Assembly: GCA_965660855.1 (NCBI GenBank)
Contig: CBFIBM010000005.1
Coordinates: 65,056-129,055 of the forward strand
DNA length: 64,000 bases
Reading direction: 5' to 3'
Source of the DNA: an uncultured bacterium
GTDB lineage: Bacteria > Fidelibacterota > Marinisomatia > Marinisomatales > UBA1611
In this document: positions 10,201 through 18,890 of the stretch, piece after piece
How the letters are laid out: the number at the start of each line of letters is the position of its first letter
How positions within the stretch are numbered: position 1 is the stretch's first letter
Notes under the pieces: model-generated
Database searches by the model: none
Told to the model about the DNA's origin: nothing
What the model saw: the letters and a program-made list of their open reading frames with translations, nothing else
Made by a program: the position numbers and the translations under genes

Positions 10201-11787
10201 TTAATCTGCCTGAAATAATTCTTTAATAATCTTCATACGGTCAGCATCATTTATATATTTATAATTTACAAAAGTATTCTTATTCTGAATATATTTTTCA
10301 ATATGTAAATGATGATCAGCTTTGAGAGCAATCTGGGGTAAATGAGAAATACAAATTACTTGTTTGTTTTTTGACAATTGCAATAAGTGCGATGCCACTT
10401 TGGATGCAGATTTACCTGAAATACCTGAATCTATTTCATCAAAGACAAGTGTTTCTGCTGGATCTATATTTTCAAAAACCGTTTTAATGGCAAGCATGAC
10501 TCTTGATATTTCACCCCCTGAAGCAATAAGAGACAGAGGTTTCAGAGGCTCACCTGGATTTGTAGTGAAATAGAATTCAACATTATCAATACCTTTATTA
10601 TTATGAGAATACTTATTACCATCATAATTAACAAAATTATCATTTTTTATATAGTTTGTAATCTTAATTTCAAACTGAGCATTTTGCATATTCAAACTTT
10701 TCATTACATTTGCAATTTTTATTGAAAGCTCTGATCCAATTTTTTTTCTAGTTCTATGTAATTCAATAGCAATTTGACTAAATTTCTTTTCCAATTCAAA
10801 AATTTTATTTCTTATTTTTTCTTTTTGTTTTTCTGGATTTTTAAAATCTTTTAATTCTTGTTGAATTTCAGCTCTTTTGATAGAAATACATTCTAGTGAT
10901 CCTCCATACTTTCTTTTTAATGTTTCAATTGCGCTTAGCCTTTCTTCGATTATATGAACCTCATGAGCATCAAAATCTAAGTTTGACAGCTGATCATTTA
11001 TTTCATTTTGTGCTTCTTGAATATTAATAATAGATTGATCAATCAGTGTTAAAATTATATTGATACTTTTATCATACTTTTCTATTGATGCTATTTTATT
11101 CTTCATATATTCAACTTGAGGAAGAATAGATTCATTTTTTTCAGAAATGGCATAATTAGAATCTTGAAGAGTTTCAATAATCTCTTTTAAATGGGTAAGT
11201 TTTTTATATTTTTCATGAAGATCGATATCTTCATTTTCTAAAATATTTAATGAATCAATTTCATTGGCTTGGAAGTTTAATAATTCTAGTTTTTCTTTTA
11301 ATTCTGTGGTGCTTTTTACAATATTAATTAAACTGTCATTAAGATGCTGTAATTCTTTGAAAATATTTTTCAAAAAATCAACTTTGTTTTCATGACCACA
11401 ATACTCATCTAAATATTCTATATGTTTAATTGGATCTAAAATTATTTGCTGATCATTTTGACCATGAAATTCAATTTTAACTAATTTATGATTCTTCAGA
11501 CTATTAAGAGTTATCAATTCACCATTAAAAAATGATTTCGTTTTACCATTTTTTAATATTATTCTTTCAAAATTTAAATTATTAAAATTTGTATTGATGG
11601 TTGCTTTTTCCTCTCCATTTCTGACCATGATTTTATCTGCTTTAAATCCTAAGGAGGCTCTTAACGCATCTAGAATTAGAGTTTTACCTGATCCTGTCTC
11701 ACCAGTGATAACAGTAAGTCCTTTTTTAAATGGTATATTAAGATCTTTTATAATTGCAAAATTATTTATTGTCAGGCTTTGTATCAT
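10201..11787 (-). CDS. recN: DNA repair protein RecN
   Basis: Walker A GETGSGKT, HGQ, coiled coil, ASGGEISRVMLA, FDEIDSG, ISHLPQ. Confidence 0.95.
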   Translation of the reverse strand: MIQSLTINNFAIIKDLNIPFKKGLTVITGETGSGKTLILDALRASLGFKADKIMVRNGEEKATINTNFNNLNFERIILKNGKTKSFFNGELITLNSLKNHKLVKIEFHGQNDQQIILDPIKHIEYLDEYCGHENKVDFLKNIFKELQHLNDSLINIVKSTTELKEKLELLNFQANEIDSLNILENEDIDLHEKYKKLTHLKEIIETLQDSNYAISEKNESILPQVEYMKNKIASIEKYDKSINIILTLIDQSIINIQEAQNEINDQLSNLDFDAHEVHIIEERLSAIETLKRKYGGSLECISIKRAEIQQELKDFKNPEKQKEKIRNKIFELEKKFSQIAIELHRTRKKIGSELSIKIANVMKSLNMQNAQFEIKITNYIKNDNFVNYDGNKYSHNNKGIDNVEFYFTTNPGEPLKPLSLIASGGEISRVMLAIKTVFENIDPAETLVFDEIDSGISGKSASKVASHLLQLSKNKQVICISHLPQIALKADHHLHIEKYIQNKNTFVNYKYINDADRMKIIKELFQAD

Positions 11788-12131
11788 TTTTTTGATAGAG
11801 AGAAAGATTTAAAAGAAAATGAAATAAAACATATACCCAAAAAATCTGCAATAACATCATATATACTTGAATCTCTACCAGGAATGAAAGATTGCCAGAG
11901 TTCATCAAAAATACCAAAAGTCAAACCAAATATTAGGGTGAAAAGATAAGTAGATTTAAAAAGTTTAAGTTTTGTTCTTAAACAAATGAAACCTAAAAAT
12001 GAATATTCAATAAAATGAATAACTTTATCAAATCCAAAATTTAATTTTCCAGGTACTGAATCACCTGGGATACTAGAAATCAAAATAATAAATAATGAAA
12101 AAAGGAAAAGATGTAATCTTCTACTATTCAT
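11784..12131 (-). CDS. VanZ-family membrane protein
   Basis: DKVIHFIEY, DELWQSFIPGR.S..DVIADFLG. Confidence 0.85.
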   Translation of the reverse strand: MNSRRLHLFLFSLFIILISSIPGDSVPGKLNFGFDKVIHFIEYSFLGFICLRTKLKLFKSTYLFTLIFGLTFGIFDELWQSFIPGRDSSIYDVIADFLGICFISFSFKSFSLSKK

Positions 12132-12140
12132 AAATAGATA

Positions 12141-12524
12141 TCAATCTAAAGTATAAATTGAAAACGCAGTAGCGTATTTTCTAATATGGGAGATAGAGAC
12201 TTTAAAATTCCCTTTATGTTCAAAATGTATTTTGACTAGCGGTGCACCATCTCTTGAGTTAATTATCTCAATCATGTTTAAAGGTATAGAGTTTTTATAT
12301 CCTGATGATTTTAAAGCTTTAATGATAGATTCTTTTGCAGCAAATCTTCCCGCAAAATGTATAGAAGGATTGTCAAATTGATTGCAATATTCTTGTTCTT
12401 TTAAAGTATAAATTTTATCAAGGAAACGTTTTCCATTTTTAATAAGAGAAGATCTTATTCGACCAACTTCAATAATGTCTGTTCCTATGAATGTATTATC
12501 CAAACGTAGAATTATGCTCATCAA
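12141..12524 (-). CDS. acpS: Holo-[acyl-carrier-protein] synthase (true start may be a few codons downstream)
   Basis: IGTDIIE, AGRFAAKES..KAL, VSISH. Confidence 0.92.
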   Translation of the reverse strand: MMSIILRLDNTFIGTDIIEVGRIRSSLIKNGKRFLDKIYTLKEQEYCNQFDNPSIHFAGRFAAKESIIKALKSSGYKNSIPLNMIEIINSRDGAPLVKIHFEHKGNFKVSISHIRKYATAFSIYTLD

Positions 12525-13197
12525 TTATCATAACTAATTGATAAATATCATTTAAATCCCAATTTGCGCCGGATTGAGTAGTTCCAAAAGTATCTCCGTA
12601 CTGAGCAAAAGCGGTATACATGCCAATTTTTTTTGCACCTACAACATCTCTATCCGGCCAATCTCCAACCATAATGGTTTCATCAGGGTTAAGCCCTAAT
12701 TTTTCAAGCGACATTTTAAATGGTTTTTCAGAAGGTTTCCTTTCGCCCGTATCATCAAAAGTTACTACAACATCAAAAAAATGATATAAGTTAAGGTAAT
12801 AAATCCGCATCCATGCTTCTCTGCTTGGAGCGTCTGAGACTACACCAAGTTTAATACCTGATTTAGCAAGAGACATTAACGTTTTATTTACATTTGGATA
12901 AACCATTAAGTTTGCTTCCCTAGCTCTGCGATATGCAACTATTCCTGCTGCTAAAAATTTATGTTCCACTCTTCCTATTTGTTTTTCAATAAAAACATCA
13001 AATACTTTTTGATTCTCCCAACCAAACTCACCATAAATGGCAATAATTTCATCATAAGATTGTTTTTCATCAACAAGTAAACCTGCCTCAATCATTCCTT
13101 TGATAGCAGCTTTAACAGCAAACTCTTTCATTTTCATAAAATCGAGAAGAGTGTTGTCTAGGTCAAAGATAACGCCTTTTATAAGAGGTTTTCCCAC
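12496..13197 (-). CDS. HAD-superfamily hydrolase (subfamily IA)
   Basis: IFDLDNTL motif I, VVSD, KP, MVGD..DRDVVGA motif IV. Confidence 0.88.
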   Translation of the reverse strand: MGKPLIKGVIFDLDNTLLDFMKMKEFAVKAAIKGMIEAGLLVDEKQSYDEIIAIYGEFGWENQKVFDVFIEKQIGRVEHKFLAAGIVAYRRAREANLMVYPNVNKTLMSLAKSGIKLGVVSDAPSREAWMRIYYLNLYHFFDVVVTFDDTGERKPSEKPFKMSLEKLGLNPDETIMVGDWPDRDVVGAKKIGMYTAFAQYGDTFGTTQSGANWDLNDIYQLVMIIDEHNSTFG

Positions 13198-13200
13198 TTT

Positions 13201-14499
13201 TTACTTTTCGTATTTTGCAGGGTTGTTTATTTCATCAATTTTACGCTCTGCCATTTTTCTCCAATCTCTATCTTTTCTTGCTTCTTCAAAATATTTTTTG
13301 GCCCTTGTATTATTTTTCTTACCTTTTTCAGCTATTCCTAATTCAAGCCATCCTCCACCAAATTTATTTTTCAAATCCACGCAAGATTGAGCAGCTCTAG
13401 AAGCCTCAATATAATTTTCTAGGTGATTATAAGCAGAGGCTAAATTAAAATACTTATTGTAATCCTTTTCATCAATTTCTGTAGAAATTTTTAAATTTTC
13501 TGCTGCCTCTTTAAATTTTTCTTGTAAGATAAATAATAAACCAAGGCGCATAAATCCATCTGCATAATCCGGGTCAATCTGTGTTATAGTTTTGAGAATA
13601 TCTTCAGCTTCCTTATAATTATTTTTATCAGTATATAATTTGCCCAAATTCCCATAGGCCTTTGAATACCCAGGATTAATTTCGATTGCTTTAGTGTAGT
13701 GCTCAATTGCTTGATCAACTTTCCCATCAGATTCATAAGCAGTTCCTAATGTAAACCATGTTTTATCATGATCAGGCTTAATTTCAAGGACTTTACCCAA
13801 GGTATTTATTGCCATAGAAGACTTACCTTGTTTTTTTTGTAAAACACCAAGTTGAAAATATGCTAGATAAAATGCTGGATCAAATGACAATGCTTTTTCA
13901 TAATAGCTTGAAGCTTTTGATAGATCACCGCGTTTATATGCTTTATTTCCGGCGTTTAAAAACTGTTTTGTAACATTATCTAATCCTTTTCTAGCTTTGG
14001 TATGATCTGGGTAAATTTTCAATGCATTACTAAAATGTTCCGCTGCACCTTCAATATTCTTTTGTCTAAATCGTGTTAAGCCCTTGTAAAACTCTGCTTC
14101 CGGATAATATGGATGCTCACTTAATATAACATCATAAGCCTTAATAGCTTCCTCAAATAGCCCTTGTTGTACATTCCTATTCCCATTCTGTATATATTCA
14201 GAAATTTTAGATATTTTATTTGACCATTCTCTAAAATCTTCATCTGCTTGTACGGCTTGTATAGCATACTCATTAGCTTTTTTTAAATCGCCTTTATGAA
14301 GATATAATTTTGATAGACCTTGAAGTGAAGGTGCAAAGGAAGGATCAATTTTAAGAGATTCTCTAAGTGCATTTTCTGCATTATTAATTTCTGTTTTTTC
14401 TAACATATTCAATCCTTGATTGTACAAAAATTCAGGATCTTTTGAAAAAATTGCAGAAACTATGGTTATTAGAAAAAGTGGTTTACATATCTGTGACAT
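13201..14499 (-). CDS. Secreted tetratricopeptide-repeat protein
   Basis: Signal peptide followed by many TPR units (e.g. AYFQLGV, TWFTLGTAY, AYGNLGKLY). Confidence 0.88.
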   Translation of the reverse strand: MSQICKPLFLITIVSAIFSKDPEFLYNQGLNMLEKTEINNAENALRESLKIDPSFAPSLQGLSKLYLHKGDLKKANEYAIQAVQADEDFREWSNKISKISEYIQNGNRNVQQGLFEEAIKAYDVILSEHPYYPEAEFYKGLTRFRQKNIEGAAEHFSNALKIYPDHTKARKGLDNVTKQFLNAGNKAYKRGDLSKASSYYEKALSFDPAFYLAYFQLGVLQKKQGKSSMAINTLGKVLEIKPDHDKTWFTLGTAYESDGKVDQAIEHYTKAIEINPGYSKAYGNLGKLYTDKNNYKEAEDILKTITQIDPDYADGFMRLGLLFILQEKFKEAAENLKISTEIDEKDYNKYFNLASAYNHLENYIEASRAAQSCVDLKNKFGGGWLELGIAEKGKKNNTRAKKYFEEARKDRDWRKMAERKIDEINNPAKYEK

Positions 14500-14567
14500 C
14501 TATCTCTCTTTAGTTTTTTTATATACTTATTATTTGATATTATAAATTTAGAAAAATTTTATCTGAA

Positions 14568-15719
14568 TTACTTTTCATTAATTGGTAGAGTATCAATTTT
14601 TTTATCCATTGATATTATTTTTGAGTCCATTTTTGTTATAGAAATATTTATATCTTTTATGGAGCTCTCTAATTTAATTAACATACTATTTAAACTATTA
14701 ACAACATCATCTATTTTAGAAATTTTTTCATTAGAAACTTTTAAATCACGTGATATATCTTGTAATTTTGTATCAAGTATTAATATATCATTCTTAAGGT
14801 CGCCTAAATCTGCATTAAATTTTTCATGATCTTTTATATTTTTTTTATCAATATCATTGATTTTTTTATCTAATATTTCATTTTTATTATTCAAACTTAT
14901 TACAAGTTGATTTAATTGGATTTCAATATCACTAGTCTTGAGATCAATTTTATTATTTGTACCTTTTATGGTGTTTTTATTTTCTTCAATTGCATTTTCA
15001 ATAGCACTAAAACTACTTTGAACTCTATTTACTTCTTGAATTTGATTTGCTACCGCTCCAGACATCATATCAATCTGATCTCTCTGAAGTTTTTGATTTT
15101 CTCTGTTAACTTGGATATCCTTCTTAATATTAGAAAGGTTTCCTGTTAAAAGGTAAGATTGGTTAGAAGTAACATCTAATTTTTGTTTTACCTTAATAAT
15201 ATCATTATTGATTGTAGAGACCGTATCTTTTAGCATTCCCATACCCTGTCGATTTTCTGATATACTGACTCTATGGTTTACAAGATCATCCTGAACATAT
15301 TCCATTTTTTTCTTTTGGGTTGTCGATTCGCTATATAGCCTCAGAAGATCTATTTCGAATTCATTTTGTAATACTTCAAGGTTTTTAAATAATTCATTCA
15401 AATTATCGAAAACTGTTTTCAATGAATCATTCCAATGGGTTACTTTTCCTGTTAAATGCGTGACATTCCCTTGTAAATAATCTATCTTCTCAGACATAAA
15501 GGTGAGGTCACCTTTTTTTGCAGAATCCTCTCTTCCTATAACATCCAAAGGTAAAATTTTTATTGTTCCTTGTTCGGTTTTTAAAAATATTCTATGTTGA
15601 TTTTCATTAACGACTTTTCCTTGAATAATAGATCCATCTTTTAAAAAAAATATAGAAGTACTCTGTGCAAGACATACCTTAAAACTGAAGAAAATTAATA
15701 ATAATGTTAGTTTATGCAT
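14568..15719 (-). CDS. Hypothetical secreted protein: small beta-rich N-domain plus long coiled coil
   Basis: Signal peptide; IFFLKDGSIIQGKVV beta motif; heptad-like pattern over roughly the last 300 aa. Confidence 0.65.
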   Translation of the reverse strand: MHKLTLLLIFFSFKVCLAQSTSIFFLKDGSIIQGKVVNENQHRIFLKTEQGTIKILPLDVIGREDSAKKGDLTFMSEKIDYLQGNVTHLTGKVTHWNDSLKTVFDNLNELFKNLEVLQNEFEIDLLRLYSESTTQKKKMEYVQDDLVNHRVSISENRQGMGMLKDTVSTINNDIIKVKQKLDVTSNQSYLLTGNLSNIKKDIQVNRENQKLQRDQIDMMSGAVANQIQEVNRVQSSFSAIENAIEENKNTIKGTNNKIDLKTSDIEIQLNQLVISLNNKNEILDKKINDIDKKNIKDHEKFNADLGDLKNDILILDTKLQDISRDLKVSNEKISKIDDVVNSLNSMLIKLESSIKDINISITKMDSKIISMDKKIDTLPINEK

Positions 15720-15819
15720 AACTCATGGTTTCAATAATATATAAAATATAAACTAATGTTCTGATTAGAACAACATAATGCAGATGGTATATTGATCAAC
15801 TAATTTATATAATTTTTTG

Positions 15820-15903
15820 TACCGAAGGCCGGACTCGAACCGGCACAAGGATAACCTTACTAGCCCCTCAAGCTAGCGCGTCTACCAATTCCGCCACTTC
15901 GGC
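15820..15903 (-). tRNA. tRNA-Leu (GAG)
   Basis: Reverse complement GCCGAAGTGGCGGAATTGGTAGACGCGCTAGCTTGAGGGGCTAGTAAGGTTATCCTTGTGCCGGTTCGAGTCCGGCCTTCGGTA. Acceptor stem GCCGAAG/CTTCGGT, anticodon stem CTAGC/GCTAG around GAG, long variable arm, GTTCGA T-loop. CCA is not encoded. Confidence 0.96.
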
Positions 15904-16168
15904 ATATAAAATAAGTTTCAAAATAACTCATATCACAACTCTGATCTTGTATGAATTTAAAATTTTAGAAAAAACTTTCTTAATACTTTGATTAGAACTT
16001 TTAAAGAAGTTTTAAAAAATAAATGCTTTATTAAAGAAAATAAGCTAATGCCAACAACTTGATTGATTATATTTTTAAATTGAGTCTTATTTAGTTTAAT
16101 GAAATTATAGATATATATAAAAATTTGCGTTAGTAGTAAAAGTGCAAATAAATATATGTAAATCAATT

Positions 16169-16396
16169 TTATTTAAATGATTTATTTTTAATTAATTGTT
16201 GTATATCTTCGAGTTTATTTACAACCAATTTTATTTGAATTTTAAATTTTTTTATATTCTCTTTATCTCCACTTTCTTCTAATTGTCTTAAAATTTTTGG
16301 CGCAGATTTTGCCCATTCAACTAATGTATTATATGCCTCTTTATCTAGGTTTTTGAGATCCATTGAGTCATTCAATTTATCTTTATCCTTAGGCAT
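16169..16396 (-). CDS. Small hypothetical protein (75 aa)
   Basis: ATG start, protein-like charged helical composition, co-oriented just downstream of secG. Confidence 0.55.
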   Translation of the reverse strand: MPKDKDKLNDSMDLKNLDKEAYNTLVEWAKSAPKILRQLEESGDKENIKKFKIQIKLVVNKLEDIQQLIKNKSFK

Positions 16397-16441
16397 TTTT
16401 AATTTAAATCGAACAGAATAAAATATTAAAGGATACTTATA

Positions 16442-16786
16442 TTATTCGCCACCCAAATCAAGCACTTCATCAGTAGGGGCACTTAAGACTTCTTCCATTT
16501 CCTGAATGGGATTATTATCTGCTTCTTGTTTAATTAAAGATGATGATGATGAATCATCTGGACCGGTTAAAACACTAATAATTACCGCTAAGGATAGGAA
16601 CAAAGTTGCTAACCATGTAGTAATTTTACTTAAAACGTTCCCAGCATTATTGCCTCCTAAAACAGAGCTAGCCGTATTACCTCCAAATGTACCAGATAGA
16701 CCTCCACCTTGACTAGCTTGCATGAGTATCATACCTATTAAGAAAACACTTACGAGTGTGTGTATTACAATTAAAAAACTAACCAT
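16442..16786 (-). CDS. secG: Preprotein translocase subunit SecG
   Basis: Two TM helices with ILMQASQGGGLSGTFGG and LSKIT. Start moved from 16816 to the ATG at 16786, which has a GGAG SD upstream. Confidence 0.92.
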   Translation of the reverse strand: MVSFLIVIHTLVSVFLIGMILMQASQGGGLSGTFGGNTASSVLGGNNAGNVLSKITTWLATLFLSLAVIISVLTGPDDSSSSSLIKQEADNNPIQEMEEVLSAPTDEVLDLGGE

Positions 16787-17543
16787 TATTATTTTTCTCC
16801 TGATTGGTTTCAACAATTTTAATTATGGATGCAAAGGTGTCAACATCTAAACTAGCACCACCTATAAGAAAACCGTCTACACCAGGAACATTAATTAGTT
16901 CCTTAGCGTTATTTGAATTTACTGAACCACCATACAATATTTGGATATCATCTATGGAATTAAATATCCCCTTTACAACATTCTTGATATATGAATGAGC
17001 CTCTTCTATCTGCTCAATAGTTGCGGTCATTCCTGTTCCTATCGCCCATACTGGTTCGTAAGCTATTATTATTTCATTTAGTGTGTCAATATCTTTCAGC
17101 CCCTCACTTATCTGGTAATTCAAAATTTCTTTAGTCTTTCCAGATTCTCTTTGTTCATAAGTTTCACCAACACAAAAAATTGGTTTCAAATTTTCTTTAA
17201 GGATTGCTATATTTTTTTTATTTACAATCTCATCAGTATCACCAAAAAACTCTCTTCGCTCTGAGTGTCCAGAGATAGCATACTCTGCTCCACTAGACTT
17301 AATCATTGAGGTTGAAATTTCACCGGTAAAGGCTCCTTTTTCTTCCCAATGACAATTCTGCGCTGATTTAAAAAAAGGTGATTGAACTTTAATTTGAAAT
17401 AAAGCTGTAAATGGCGGACAGAAAATAACAGTTACATTGTCGATTTTTGAAGACTTTGTTTGTACATTTTCTACAAAATTAACTCCTTCTAAAGTTTCTT
17501 TATGCATTTTCCAATTTCCTGCAACGATAGGTTTTTTTACCAT
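16779..17543 (-). CDS. tpiA: Triosephosphate isomerase
   Basis: AGNWKM, GAFTGE, GHSERR, AYEPVWAIGTG, LYGGSV, LIGGASL. Confidence 0.98.
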   Translation of the reverse strand: MVKKPIVAGNWKMHKETLEGVNFVENVQTKSSKIDNVTVIFCPPFTALFQIKVQSPFFKSAQNCHWEEKGAFTGEISTSMIKSSGAEYAISGHSERREFFGDTDEIVNKKNIAILKENLKPIFCVGETYEQRESGKTKEILNYQISEGLKDIDTLNEIIIAYEPVWAIGTGMTATIEQIEEAHSYIKNVVKGIFNSIDDIQILYGGSVNSNNAKELINVPGVDGFLIGGASLDVDTFASIIKIVETNQEKNNNG

Positions 17544-17544
17544 A

Positions 17545-18732
17545 TTAATTCTCCAATACTTTTAATGCCGGTAATTGGTTACCACTTAATAATTCTAGAG
17601 ATGCTCCGCCACCGGTTGAAACATGAGTCATCTCATCCAATAAATTAAAATCTTCTAATGCAGAGGCAGTATCACCTCCACCTACAATAACTTTAGATCC
17701 ATTTGCTATACAACTGACAAGGTGAATTCCCATTTCTCTTGTCCCACTTTCAAATCCTTGTTTCTCAAAAACTCCCATTGGACCGTTCCAAACTATAGTT
17801 TTAGATTTGCCAAGAATACCATTATATCTAGCTAATGTGTCAGGTCCTATATCAAGACCCATGAGGTCTTTTGGTACAGAGTTAATTTTATAAGGACCCT
17901 TGGGATTATTATCCTCGAGGCATTGACCACAGATAACATCTTCTGGTAATAGTAATTTCACATTTTGCACTCTCGCTTTATTAATAATATTTTTTGCAGT
18001 TTGAATCATGCTTTCATCAACCAATGATCCGCCGATCTCTTTTCCTTTAGCTTTCAGAAATGTAAATGCCATACCACCACCAATAATGATGTAATCAGCC
18101 TTAGATAAAAATTGATCAATTAAACCTAATTTTGTATCTATTTTTGCACCTCCAAGTATGAGTGTGAGAGGTTTCTTGGGATTGGTCATAAATCTTTGTA
18201 AAAAATTTAATTCTTTATCCATTAACCAACCTATACCATAATGTTTAAAGGAGCGAACAACCCCAACATTCGAGGCATGTGCTCTATGGGCGGTACCAAA
18301 TGCATCATTTATATAGATTTGTCCGTGCCTGGCTAATTGGGTAGAGAATATTGGATCATTCGATTTTTCAGCAGAGTTAAATCTTAGATTTTCTAAAAGA
18401 TGAATTTCTCCAGGCTTTAAACTTAAGGAAGTATCAATCGAATCGGTCGAGATTGGATCATTTGAAAATTTGATTGGCATTTCTAATAAACTTGCAAGTT
18501 CTTCACCAACTGCCATCAAGCTAAGATTTTCATTCTTTATTCCAGTAGGTCTCCCCAAATGAGACATTAAAGTAATAGATGCACCTGACTCTATACATGT
18601 TAATATTGTTGGCAATGCAGATTTAATTCTAAAGTTATTTGTGACCTTCTGATTCGCAACCGGTACATTGAAATCAACGCGCATCAGAATATTTTTTCCT
18701 TCTAAATCAAATGCTTTTAATGTTTTTATCAT
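17545..18732 (-). CDS. pgk: Phosphoglycerate kinase
   Basis: RVDFNVP, SHLGRP, LLENLRF, NDAFGTAHRAHAS, WNGPMGVFE, HVSTGGGASLE. Confidence 0.98.
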   Translation of the reverse strand: MIKTLKAFDLEGKNILMRVDFNVPVANQKVTNNFRIKSALPTILTCIESGASITLMSHLGRPTGIKNENLSLMAVGEELASLLEMPIKFSNDPISTDSIDTSLSLKPGEIHLLENLRFNSAEKSNDPIFSTQLARHGQIYINDAFGTAHRAHASNVGVVRSFKHYGIGWLMDKELNFLQRFMTNPKKPLTLILGGAKIDTKLGLIDQFLSKADYIIIGGGMAFTFLKAKGKEIGGSLVDESMIQTAKNIINKARVQNVKLLLPEDVICGQCLEDNNPKGPYKINSVPKDLMGLDIGPDTLARYNGILGKSKTIVWNGPMGVFEKQGFESGTREMGIHLVSCIANGSKVIVGGGDTASALEDFNLLDEMTHVSTGGGASLELLSGNQLPALKVLEN

Positions 18733-18890
18733 ATATTAAAAAGTTTAAAAACGTATCATACGTTTAAAATGGTTTCTTCTTTAGCTTTTAAATTTAATAG
18801 ATTTTTACTTTAGATTTCAAAAAAAAAGCAAACTCGAACTTTAATGTAAGTAGAAGTTCTATATTATTTAGCACAATTGTATATTTACAT

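Noticed and set aside
15957..16166. 69-aa ORF on the - strand between the small ORF and tRNA-Leu
   Set aside because: Non-ATG start and a low-complexity I/F/K/L composition typical of AT-rich spacer DNA; the region probably holds the tRNA promoter.
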